The translations under genes were made by a program, and so were the position numbers. Positions 10,898 through 23,314 of a stretch of DNA of 64,000 bases are shown piece after piece (the stretch's first letter is position 1; each line of letters begins with the position of its first letter). The notes under the pieces were generated by a model. It was not told the origin of the DNA. It did not search any database and worked only from the letters and a program-made list of their open reading frames with translations. The stretch is from Isurus oxyrinchus (Eukaryota), in assembly GCA_026770705.1 (NCBI GenBank), contig JANJGN010000010.1, forward strand, positions 154,628,001 to 154,692,000, given 5' to 3'.

Positions 10898-13700
10898 TTT
10901 AAAATTCATTCACAGGATGTGGGCTTCGCTGGCTGGGCCAGCATTTATTGCCCATCCCTAGTTGCCCTTGAGAAGGTGGTGGTGAGCTGCCTTCTTAAAC
11001 CGCTGCAGTCCATGTGGTGTAGGTACACCCACAGTGCTGATAGGGAAGGAGTTCCAGGATTTTGACCCAGCAACAGTGAAGGAACAGCAATATATTTTCA
11101 AGTCAGGATGGTGAGTGACTTGGAGGGGAACTTGCAGTTGGTGGTGTTCCCATCTATGGGCTGCCCTTGTCCTTCTAGATGGTAGCGGTCAATGGTTTGG
11201 AAGGTGCTGCCTAAGGAGCCTTGGTGAATTCCTGCACTGCATCTTGTAGATGGTACACTACTGTGCCTTGGTGGTGGAGGGAGTGAATGTTTGTGGATGG
11301 GGTGCCAATCCAGTGGGCTGCTTTGTCCTAGATGGTGTAAAGCTTCTTCAGTGTTGTGGGAGCTGCACTCATCCAGGCATGTGGGGAGTATTCCATCACA
11401 CTCCTGACTTATGCCTTGTAGATGGTGGACAGGCTTTGGGGAGTCAGGAGCTGAGTTAATCGTCACAGGATTCCAAGCCTCTGACCTGCTCTTGTAGTCA
11501 TAGTATTTATATGACCGGTCCAGTTCAGTTTCTGATCAATGATCATCTCCAGGGTGTTGATCAAAGGGGATTCAGTGATGGTAATGCCATTGAACGTCAA
11601 GGGGCGATGGTTAGATTGTCTCTGGTTGGAGATGGTCATTGCCTGGCACTTGTGTGGCATAAATGTTACTTGCCACTTGTCAGCCCAAGCCTGGATATTG
11701 TCCAGGTCTTGCTGCATTTGGACATGGACTGCTTCAGTATCTGAGGAGTCGCGAATGGTGCTGAACATTGTGCAATCATCAGCGAACATCCTCACTTCTG
11801 ACCTTATGATGGAAGGAAGGTCATTGATGAAGCAGCTGAAGTTGGTATGTCCGAGGACACTACTCTGAGGAACTCCTGCAGTGATGTCCTGGAACTGAGA
11901 TGATTGACTTCCAACAACTACAACCATCTTCCTTTGTGCTAGGTATGAATCCAAGCAGCGGAGAGCTTTCTCCCTGATTCTCATTGACTCCAGTTTTGCT
12001 AGGGCTCCTTGATGCCACACTTGGTCAAATGTGGCCTTGATGTCAAGGGCAGTCACTCTCACCTCACCTCGGGAGTTCAGCTCTTTTGTCTATGTTTGAA
12101 CCAAGGCTGTAATGAGGTCAGCAGCTGAGAGGCCCTGGCGGAACCCAAACTGGGTGTCAGCAAGTAGATTATTGCTAAGCAAGTGCTGCTTGGTAGCTCT
12201 GTTGATGACCCCTTCCATTACTTTACTGATGATGAAGAATAGACTGATGAGGCAGTAATTGGCCAGTTGGATTTGTCCTACTTTTTGTGTACAGGACATA
12301 CCTGGGCAATTGTCCACATAGACAGGTAGGTGCCAGTGTTGTAGCTGTACTGGAACAGCTTGGCTAGGGGCGCAGCAAGTTCTGGAGCATAAATATTTGG
12401 TACTATTGCTGGAATATTGTCAGGCCCCATAGTCTTTGCACTATCCAGTGCCTTCAACCATTTCTTGATATCACGTGGAGTGAATCGAATTGGCTAAAGA
12501 CTGGCAACTGTGATGCTGGGGACCTCTGGAGGAGGCCGAGATGGATCTTCTGGCTGAAGATTGTGGCAAATGATTCAGCCTTATCTTTTGTACTGATTTG
12601 CTGGGCTCCCCCATCATTGAGGATGGGGATATTTGTGGAGCCTCCTCTTCCAGTGAGTTGTTTAATTGTCCACCACCATTCACGACCTCATCTGGCAGGA
12701 TTGAAGAGCTCAGATCTGATCCGTTGGTTGTGGGATCGCTTAGCTCTGTCTATCACTTGCTGCTCATGCTGTTTGGCATACAAGTAATCTTGTGTTATAA
12801 CTTCATCAGGTTGACACCTCATTTTCAGTTATGCCTGGTGCTGTTCCTGGCATGCTCTCCTGCACTCTTCATTGAACCAGGGTTGATCCCCTGGTTTGAT
12901 GGTAATGGTAGAGTGAGGGATATGCTGGGCCATGAGGTTACAGATTGTGTTCGAGTACAATTTTGCTGCTGCTAATGGCCCACAGCACTTCATACCTGCC
13001 CAGTCTGAGTTGATAGATCTGTTCAAAATCTATCCTATTTAGCACGGTGGTAGTGCCACACAATATGATGGAGGGTATCCTCAATATGAAGGTAAGACTT
13101 TGTCTCCACAATGACTGTGTGGTAGTCACTCCTACTGATATTGTCATGGACAGATGCATCTGTGACAGGCAGGTTGGTGAGGATGAGGTCAAGTATGTTT
13201 TTCCCTCTTGTTGGTTCCCTCACCACCTGCTGCGGACCTAGTCTAGCAGCTATGTCCTTTAGGACTCAGCCAGCTTGATCAGTAGTGATGCTACCAAGCC
13301 ACTCTTGGTGATGGGCATTGAAGTCCCCCACCCAGTGTACATTTGGCGCCCTTGCCATCCTCAGTGGTGTTCAACATGGAGGAGCATTGATTCATCAGCT
13401 GAGGGAGGGCAGTACATGGTAACCAGCTGGAAGTTTCCTTGCCCATGTTTGACCTGATGCCATGAGACTTCATGGGGTCCGGAGTCGATGTTGAGGACTC
13501 CTAGGACAACTCTCTCCCAACTGTATACCGCTGTGCCGCTACCTCTGCTGTCTCTGTCCTGCCGGTTGGACAAGTCATACCCAGGGGTGGCAGTGGTGGT
13601 GTCTGGGACATTATCTGTAAGATGCGAATATGACCATGTCAGATTGTTGCGCCCAATTTTGACACTTGCCCCCAGATGTTAGTAAGGAGGACTTTGCCAT
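10898..13700 (-). mobile_element. CR1-clade LINE, 5'-truncated and frameshifted (endonuclease + RT + 3' tail)
   Basis: PTRGKNILDL, SD(Y)H, ALDIKATFD, GVPQSSVLG, FADD motifs; (gaat)n tail. Confidence 0.92.
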
Positions 13701-13764
13701 TGTCGTTTTGATGCCTAGCTCTGTCCAGTTTTATTCCTTTTTTGAGGCTTTGTAGCGGCTTGAT

Positions 13765-14065
13765 ACAACTGAGTGCTTGCTCGGCCATTTCAGAGGGTTT
13801 TTAAGAGTCAACCCCATTGCAGAGGGTTGGGAGTCATATGTAGGCCAGACTGGGTAAGGACAGCAGATTTCCTTCCCAAGAGGGCATTAGTGAGCCAGTT
13901 GGGTTTTTACAACAACGGTTTCATGGCCATCATTAGATTTTTAATTCCAGATTTTTATTAAATTCAAATTCCACCAACTGGATTCGAACCCAGGTTCCCC
14001 AGAGCTTTACACTGGATCTCTGGATTATTTGTCCAGTGACAAAACCGCTACGCCATCCCCTCCTC
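13765..14065 (-). mobile_element. Same SINE family
   Basis: Core and head similarity. Confidence 0.75.
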
Positions 14066-15409
14066 AAGGTTGGGTTAGAGCATGAAGTTAATCGTTAAAT
14101 CCTGAAGAATTTCAGAACAATGATGGGAGTGTTGGCAAGCCTACATACAATAATGTTAACACAATCATACAAGCACAACACATAAAGATACCGATCACTC
14201 ACAAGATCACATCAGGATCTATGCTATAATCAAACAATTAAAAACCTGTCCCACCACTTTCACTAAGCGTGAGTGCAAAAGAACTCACACGTCTGATGGA
14301 GAACTTAAAATTTTAAGGTGTTAATCCAAAGTTCGCACTATAAAATGGCAGCTTGATATAAAAGCTTGACGTGAAAATGGCCGCTAACTTGAATTATTGC
14401 CAAATGTATAAAGTAAATGCGAGGTCCCGTCCTTCAGTCTGTGAAAATTGGCAAGCAGCCAGACTAGCCAGCTGCTTGTCTAGAGTTTGAAGCTTTATGA
14501 ATGAGGCATTAATGAATCGAGATGACTCCTCAGACAAGGTGATGTCTCTCACCAAAACAATAAACAATGAAAGGTGTTTTGAAAGTCTGCTGAATAGTTT
14601 TCTTTAAAAATACTGACAATTTGTTGGACAAATTCAGTTAGCCATCTCTCAACCGTCTTTGGACATAGCTGGAGACCTAGCTTAGCTTGGACTCTCTATC
14701 TTCTAGAGACAGAGACACTTCGAAATCTGATATGACCATATTGGATTTGTGAGTATAATTTTCTATCACTATCAATATATGATCCAAGAATTGCTGACAA
14801 AAATTGTATGTACTTTACAACCTTATTGGCATGTTATGATTAGCTTTATTTACATCTATGCTATTCTATAGTCCTTTTGTATAAGCTGTAATCTATAATT
14901 GGCTTCAATAAAAAAACATGTAATAATGAAGCATGTAAGGGATTGTAGTCTCAAATCTATATTATCTCAAGAACCCACATATCTAATCACACAGCTCTAG
15001 GAATCTGAGTTAGATCCTTAAGGGCTAATATTGGGAAATTCCACAATAATTCATTCTGCTACAACATATCTCCATGTATGTTTTGTCCTAAGATAACTTT
15101 GCTAAATTGGAGACTCCAGGGGAAGAGGACTTCTTATTTGAGGACCTAATCTAAGACTATGTCCCTTTAATATTTGGAAATTTATTTCAGTTGAGGTTCT
15201 AAGCTAGCAATAAGTTATAGGCAACCCTTGCGGCAGGGGGCATAGTGCGGTAAAGCTACTAGAGTCATTAATGTGAGAAACTAGTTTCTGATTTGTTTTC
15301 ATTTCTCTTTTCAATATATTTTATTTTCTCTGCCTCAGCTGGACCTCTACTTGTTCAACAGCTTCAGTAGGAAAGGACTTGCATTTATATGACAATGTTT
15401 CATGACCCC

Positions 15410-17841
15410 TGTTTTGAGTTCAAAGACTGCAGTGCTTTCTCTGTGTCTGTCTCAGTGAGAAGTCTTTATTGAACTGATTTTAAAATGGCAGCTTACAGGG
15501 CTTCCCACATGGCACAGATCACATGACTACAGCAAGCTAGATAGGACATGTATTACTGTTGCATTTCATAACAAGCAAAAGATCCAAGCATTCCCTTTTC
15601 CCTAATGAACAGAAGACACATTTGCATGTTCAATCATGTGTAACTGTGAGTTACTCAAGTTACCCACTATACACCCACTGTTCTCATGCATTGTTAAGTG
15701 TTTGTTCCCCTTGTCAATCTCTTCATTTGCATTGCACACATAGTCTTTAAGTCATGCAGGTCTCTTAATGGTACACTTATGTATTGTCATTGACTGCTCA
15801 TCTAGGTGATGTTCCTTGTCTGGAGAGTGTCATTCCCGTGGCACTTGTTGCCACGGTACCTGTTGTTATTCCATTTCCATTTTTGGGACTCTTGAGCCTC
15901 TGGGAATGATGGTTGTTCTGTACTTGTACAGCTGGTGAGATCCCATCTTCTTGACCGGCCAAATGCAGTAAAGGAACAGCTTTGCTAGTCTTTCGTATAT
16001 GCCTGCATTCATCTCGTTCACCTCCACCGCATACGATCGAGGTGACAATTTCCCTATGTGTGTCCCAAGTTGCCATGTGGGCTGACTCCTGTTGAGCGCG
16101 TTGAAGGTTTGTACCCTGACTGGCTCTCCAATGCTCAGCTCTGGCATCCTTATCCAAATGAAATTTGGCTTTCTGCCATTTCACCCTGAATTTTTACACT
16201 CATGCCTGTTACCACTTTTGTTTTCAATAGCTTTTTTGCTATTGGAAGAATAGTTTGTGTGTAGCATGATGTTAGTCTTTGGACTGGACTACTTTCCATG
16301 CCTTCAGCTGGTGTGTTTCTCTGCTCAAGGATTGCCTTGTCTACACCTGTGCTAGATTTGCTCAATTTCTTGATGATTCCATTGGCGATTTTTACTGCCG
16401 CATCAGCCTTTCCATTCGACTGGGGATAGTGCGGAGATGATGTGTAGTGTTGAATTTCCCAGTCATTCATGAATTGGCTGAATTCTTCACTCATGAACTG
16501 AGGGCCATTGTCACTCATCACAATGTCTGGAATGTCACAATAATTGAAGTGTGCTTTCAGGTATTCTACTATTTCTCCTGTCATTGTTGAAGTCAGTGGG
16601 TCTAATTCCCAGTAGTCAGAATAGTAGTTGACAGTGATAAGATAATCACTTTCTGCTAGAGTGAAGAAGTCTACTCCCAGCTTCATCAATGGTCTGTCTG
16701 GAATGTCATGCATCATCAACAGCTCTCCAGCTTTTTACCTTGGTACTCATTACAAGCACCACACTGACCTATGCAGTCTTTAATTTCTTTGCTCATGTTT
16801 GGCCAGTAGAGCACTGCTCTTGCCTTCCTCAATCCTTCTTTTCCTCTGTATGATGTTCTCTGCAGTATTTGCATCCTGCCCTTTCTCTGCAATTGCTCTG
16901 CTCTTTCGGCCTGTTATGTCTCTCAGCCTAATGTATCTACTGGTCTGGTCTGCCATACATGTGTTCTAACTGACATTTTACAAACTCCGTATTTTCACAC
17001 ATGTCTATTACTTTCCTGAGTGTAAGTTTCTCCTTTTTAAGTAGACTTTCTCTCACTGAGGGGTCTCATATGCCTACGAGTGTTATATCTTTATTCAGAT
17101 CATCTTTTAGCTGTCCAAATTCACATGATTCTGCAAGCCATGTTATCGCAGTTACATACTGTTCAATGGGTTCTTTTTCCCCTTGAGCTCTAGTGTAGAA
17201 TAGAGAGTGTTCACAAGTTATGTTCACTCGGGCGTCAAAGCGTTCATTCAAGACTTTCAAAATCTCTGCTGTCTGTTTTCTTTGTCATTGGTTAGATTTA
17301 GGTTGGTATACAATTTGTAGCAGTCCCTCCACAGCAGTGTTAGAAGTGTGGCTACTCTTATCAGTTCCAGCTTATTAATTAAGTCTGTTGCCAGCACATA
17401 GTTTTGCCATTGCAAGTGGAAAAACTGCCAGTTCAGCCACATTTTGCCTTTCATTTTGACTGGAGCTGGGAGGGGGAAGTTTATTGCCATGTTCACTTAT
17501 CCAGTGTTTTTTTGCAGTCCTGCCTTTGATATGCATTTGCTTTTCATTGTCTCTTTTTAACAGCTTTTAGCAGATTTGAACATTTCTATGTGCCTTACTG
17601 CCTGACCTGTGTCTTCTCTGCAAAATGTCCAGGATTTCAAAACCCTATTTTATCTCCACTTGCTGACACCATGTTTCAAGGTCAAAGACTGCAGCGCTTT
17701 CTCAATGTTTTTCTCAGTGAGAAGTCTTTATTGAACTTATCTTAAGATGGTATCTTACTGAGCTTCCTGCATGGCAGAAGCCACAGGGCTACAGCAAGCC
17801 AGATAAGATATGTAGTACTGTCGCATTTAAAAACTCAAACA
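15410..17841 (-). mobile_element. Internally deleted Gypsy LTR retrotransposon (LTRs about 15410-15590 and 17672-17841; gag; integrase)
   Basis: Paired LTRs; tRNA-Leu-type PBS TGGTGTCAG(C)AAGTGG at 17671-17656; PPT agggaaaagggaa; integrase SDNGPQF/HYPQSNG; near-TSD cccc/ccac. Confidence 0.9.
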
Positions 17842-18272
17842 CCACTAGAATCTCAAAGTGCTTTATAGCCAACGAGGCACTTTTGAAGTACAGTCGCTGT
17901 TGTAATGTAGGCAATGCAGCAGCCAATTTGCTTACAGGAAACTCCCAAAAACAGTAATGTGATAATGACAGATGTGATAATAATAATGACAACAATGTGA
18001 TAATAACACATAATCTGTTCTTGTGATGTTGATTGTGGGATAAATATTGCCCAGGACACCAGGGTTAACTCCCCTGCTCTTCTTCAAAATAGTCAATACA
18101 ACCAACTGATACAGCGGACGGGACTTCGGTTTAAGGTCTCATCCAAAAAATGTTAGTACAATGCAGCACTATACTGGAGTGTCAGCCTTGATTTTTTGTG
18201 CTCAAGTCCTGGAATGGGACTTGAAGCAGAAACCTTGAGTCACAAGTGTTACCAACTGAGCCATGGCTGACA
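17842..18272 (-). mobile_element. DeuSINE-like copy split by the Gypsy insertion (tail at 15372-15409)
   Basis: Sequence continues across the LTR element. Confidence 0.75.
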
Positions 18273-18634
18273 TGAACAATGGGGGCATTGAAAATTAAAG
18301 TGGACATTAATGATTCCATCAGTCATCCCTTTTTTTTAGGAGTCAAACTATCAACAAGAATCAGAGTTAACTATAAATGTCTGTTTGTTTGTCTGTACGC
18401 TTTAAGTAGTGAATCTCGATGACTTCACCAGTGGCGAGTTACTGGACTTTGACAGCGTGAAGGAGCTGGTTCAGTATTAATCCAGGGGTGAATCAATTTC
18501 AACGTCAGAACAGATTCACCCAACAATAACTTCAGTACCAAAATATGAACATTAAAAAATAGAAATAAGAGCAATTCTTGGTAATTGGGATTATTTATAA
18601 TCATTTCTTTATACTACTCTGGGTGCAAGAGGTT

Positions 18635-18900
18635 AGGGAAGATGGTGGGGTAGTGGTAATGTTACCAGACTAATATTCCACATACCCCAGGCTAATGATC
18701 TGGGAACAGATTTCAAATCCCTCCATGGCAGCAATTAGTAAATCTAGAATTGAAAGCTAGTGTCGGTAATGGTGATCATGGAACTATCATTGATTGTTGT
18801 AAAAACCAATCTGGTTCACTAATGTTCTTTAGGGAAGGAAATCTGCCATTCTTACCTGATCTGGCCTGCATCTGACTCCTGACCCACAGTAATGTGGTTG
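18635..18900 (+). mobile_element. Same SINE family, cut off by the Penelope element
   Basis: Core similarity. Confidence 0.75.
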
Positions 18901-21060
18901 AGTATTGCTGAAAAGAGACACATCAAAGCTTCTCATCTTGCACTCATCATGGACACTTGCAAGAACACCAATATAAGGAGAAGACAACAGTTTATACTGT
19001 ATGTGAAGAGACTCTGATTGGTAGAGGCATTGCCATGGAGAGTGATGGTGACTGACAGTTAACTGCAAAGCAATGTTTGAAATTTAAACCAGGCGGCTTG
19101 ACCCTGATTGGTCAAGGCATTGCCCTGAGGATTAAGTCAGTGAATTCACTTATTTTGTTTAGCTGAGATAAGCAAAACGTGTACATGTTCTTTCTGTCTG
19201 CAAAGAGCAGGGCCCTGTGTATTAATATATATAGTTTCCAGTAGATGCAAAATTCAAGAGGGCATGAGGTGATTATTTGAATAGAAACAATGTGCAGTGG
19301 TATGGGGAAAAGGCAGGGCAATGGCACTAGGTCATAATGCTCATTTGGAAACCCAGTGCCGACACTATGGGCCGAATAGCCTCCTTCTGTGCCATTAAAA
19401 TTCTGTGATTCTGTGAAAAGCGCCACACTGAGAGCCCCACTGACAATCTTAAATTGGTTGTCAGTGTAATTCTTAGCACATGGAGGATTATTTAGCAAAT
19501 GTTGTCCATTTGTGGAATCACATCTAATGGATACTGTGTTTTGAGTTGAGCACGGGTTTGCACCCTGCCCGTTGCGATCTGTGGCTGGGAGATGCCGTTT
19601 GATACGATCCGCCAGTCTCTGGCACATGCCGCCCACATACCTTGCATCACACCAGCACTGAAATTCATACCACATTACTCATTTGTGTGATCGGCAGAAC
19701 ATCTTTCTGGCTTAACAGCAGCATCCTGTAAGTGGCGAATTCCACTCATGTTGCTACCGGCTTTACCAGTTGCTCCAATTTTTGAGATACCTTGCCCTTC
19801 CAGGGTAACCTGAGGTAGACTGGGCACTTTTCAGGGCCAAAAGTGACGGCCTTAAGCCCAATCATGAGTTTGAGCATGTCCCGGAGACTGGCGGATCGTA
19901 TCAAACAGCATCTCCCAGCCGCAGATTGCAACAGGCAGGGTACAGACAGGGTGCAAACCCGTGCTCAACTCAAAACACAGTATCCATTAGATGTGATTCC
20001 ACAACTGGACAACATTTGCTAAATAATCCTCCATGTGCTAAGAATTACACTGACAACCAATTTAAGATTGTCAGTTGGGCTCTGTGTGGCGCTTTTCACA
20101 GAATCACAGAATTTTAACGGCACAGAAGGAGGCTATTCGGCCCATGGTGTTGGCACTGGGTTTCCAAATGAGCATTATGACCTCGTGCCATTGATCTGCC
20201 TTTTCCCCATACCACTGCACATTGTTTCTATTCAAATAATCACCTCATGCCCTCTTGAATTTTGCATCTACTGGAAACTATATACACTCTTTGCAGACAG
20301 AAAGAACATGTACGCATTTTGCCTATCTCAGCTAGACAAAATAAGTGATACATAGCATGAAATATCTGAGCAGAGTAGGCATTATCCCGCAGGATGCCTT
20401 TGATGTTCCCTATTTCAGTATCAAGCTTATATGATGAGCAAATAGCTCAGGCCCTATTTACAATGTTGCTGATAAGACCAATCCTATGGCGTGTGGAACT
20501 GTACGAACCCCAAACATGTATACTGACCAGTGAAGGTGGGCATGTGGTAGACTGTGGTAGAGAAACTCCTGGCGGATTTCTCAACTAGTACGTCAAAGAA
20601 AGGGAGTTCATTTGACTGCTCCATTTCACAGGTGAATTTGAGAGCAGGATGGAGCCCAGGAAGACATGTAAGGAAATTATTCCACGCAGCTGCAGATTTA
20701 GATATCACAAACATATCATCCACATATCAGAAATATGTCAAGTGTCATTTCAAAAAGACACATTTCTTATGGAACCCAGCAAATATGTTTGCGAGAGCTG
20801 GGCCTATAGGGGATCCCATGGAAACACCTATTTGAGCATAATTGGTGTCATCAAAACTGAACTCAACTGCCGAGTTCATAAGTTCAATGACTACTGATCC
20901 ACACGATGGTGGCAGGTCTAGATCGCCATGATATAGTGCTGCAGCGCAAATATCTATGGCTTCCTTAAGTGGAACATTGATGAATAGGCTAGCAATGTCA
21001 AATGAGCACATGGACCCAGCATTGCTATTGGTATGCCAGTCCTGTATGGCTTTCGCAAAT
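18900..21060 (-). mobile_element. Penelope-like element, family 2 (RT + GIY-YIG + pLTR), rearranged by an inverted duplication
   Basis: SFDIASLF.NVP, GVSMGSPIGP.LANIF, VDD, YEFQC.CDARYVG..RLADRIK.H. Confidence 0.88.
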
Positions 21061-21064
21061 GTGA

Positions 21065-21467
21065 AGAAAAATGAGGGGTGATCTTATTGAAAGGCACAAG
21101 ATTCTGCGGGGGCTTGACAGGGTAGATGTTGAGAAGATGCTTCCACTAGTGGGGGAAATGCAAACTGGGGGATATAGTTACAGAATAAGGGGACACTCAT
21201 CTAAAACTGAGATGTGAAGGAATTTCTTCTCTCAGAGTTTCGTGAATGTCTGGAATTCTCTACCCCAGAGAGTTGTGGAGGCTGGATCACTGAAAGTATT
21301 TAAAGAGGAGGTGGATAGATTTTTGAAATATCGGGGAGTTGAGGGCTATGAGGAGCTGGCACAGAAGAGAAGTTGAGGCCTGGGGCAGATCAGCCATGAT
21401 CTTACTGAATGGTGGGGCAGGCTTGAGGGGCTGAATGGCCTACTCCTGCTCCCATTTCTTATGTTCT
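21065..21467 (+). mobile_element. HER1-like LINE 3' end
   Basis: aggaatttcttctctcagag ... gctgaatggcctactcctgctcc tail. Confidence 0.8.
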
Positions 21468-22024
21468 GACATTGCATTTATTCTTCTACCATTGCTAAAT
21501 CTGAGGTGTCACAGAACCAGTGCATTTATTCCCATGAAACCAGTAAGTAGAAAATAAAAAGACCACACATAGCCTATGACACTTACAAAGTCAATAAAAA
21601 ACAAGATTGCATTCAACCCATCACATCAGAGGATGTGTACAACTCTTTATTACGGAGACATTCCCTTTGCAAAGAACTACAATTGTGTCATAATGAGCAA
21701 TTTACACATGTAAGTAAATGGCTTCAATTAAGAAGATGAAAAGTCGACCACTGGAGACGGCAGAACAGTGAGAAGGTGCAGAAAATATTGCATAGATATT
21801 GTCGTTGCTACAAGAATAGGCAAAGCAATGTGTTTGTAAAGCCCACCCCCTGGTGGTATCCTGCTGCATTTCAAGCCAGACTCCCTGTCAGAAAACATGC
21901 CACCTCTGAAACACATGCAAAGTCGAACCACTTTACAGTAAAATGGCTGTTATCAGTGACCTGGGTTCACAGTCTTGGCACAAAGTACTCAGATTTGCAG
22001 ATGATGCCAAACTGGGGAGGAGCC

Positions 22025-22566
22025 AAAACAAAAACAGAATTACCTGGAAAAACTCAGCAGGTCTGGCAGCATCGGCGGAGAAGAAAAGAGTTGACGTTTC
22101 GAGTCCTCATGACCCTTCGACAGAACTTGAGTGAATCCAAGAAAGGGGTGAAATATAAGCTGGTTTAAGGTGTGGGAGGGGGGGTGTTTGGGTGGGGGGA
22201 GAGAAGTGGAGGGGGGGTGTGGTTGTAGGGACAAACAAGCAGTAATAGAAGCAGATCATCAAAAGATGTCACAGACAACAGAACAAAAGAACACATAGGT
22301 GTTAAAGTTGGTGATATTATCTAAACGAATGTGCTAATTAAGAATGGATGGTAGGGCACTCAAGGTATAGCTCTAGTTGGGGTGGGGGAGCATAAAAGAT
22401 TTAAAAATATTTAAAAATAATGGAAATAGGTGGGAAAAGAAAAATCTATATAATTTATTGGAAAAAACAAAAGGAAGGGGGAAGAAACAGAAAGGGGGTG
22501 GGGATGGAGGAGGGAGTTCAAGACCTAAAGTTGTTGAATTCAATATTCAGTCCGGAAGGCTGTAAA
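22025..22566 (-). mobile_element. Penelope-like family 1 pLTR fragment
   Basis: Near-identical to 35865-36420. Confidence 0.88.
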
Positions 22567-23068
22567 GGAGATATGGCTGTGAAAACAGGAGGAGCCAATA
22601 CAGTCTTATCAGGCAGACGTGTAAGTAGGCAGAGCAATGGGCAATGAAGTTTAATGCAGACTAGCGCAAAGTTCAACACAGGGCAAGGAAAAATAAGCAA
22701 CACACTTAGCCCATGAAAGATGTCAAAATGGTTAAAGATGAGAGCTAATGAGACCTAAGAGCCCTGGTAGATTCAAAACTCAGCAGGTCCGATCCACAAA
22801 GCCAATAAAATGTTGCAACTCCACAACCAAAACAATCAGAGGAAGAGGTGACCAAACATTGAGGGATTGAGGTCGTAAATTTTCCTGGTGTGTACTTTAG
22901 CCCTTGGAATGTGGGCGACCCTGGAAAGGTCGCATTTACTACACATGTAGTTGACCCGAGTTGGAGACGGTGGAATCTCCTGGAATCACTGCAATCCTGG
23001 TGGCGATGCTGCTCCCACAACGGTATTCGACATTGGGGAGTTGACAATGGGGCTCACGCACGGAACGC

Positions 23069-23314
23069 AAGTTGCCAATTCTGCTTGGGCATATTCCGGG
23101 AGGTCTTATCACATGAGCCTCCCACCTCCGAAAGGTCAAACTGTCTCCGTTTCCCTCCAGCTCGATTATTTTTTAAACGTTAAAAATGAGATTTTTTAAA
23201 AAACTACAATTTTCTATTTAACGTTCCTGTAGGTTTTCCCTTGATTCGCTTGCAGCAGTGCCCAGAAGATAAATTCCTGGAGGTTCCAGGACAATCCTGG
23301 AGGGTTGGCAACCA
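23069..23314. mobile_element. MITE with GTTGCCAA/TTGGCAAC termini (related ends near 3594 and 9195)
   Basis: Short terminal inverted repeat; shared internal ggacatattcctggag motif. Confidence 0.55.
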
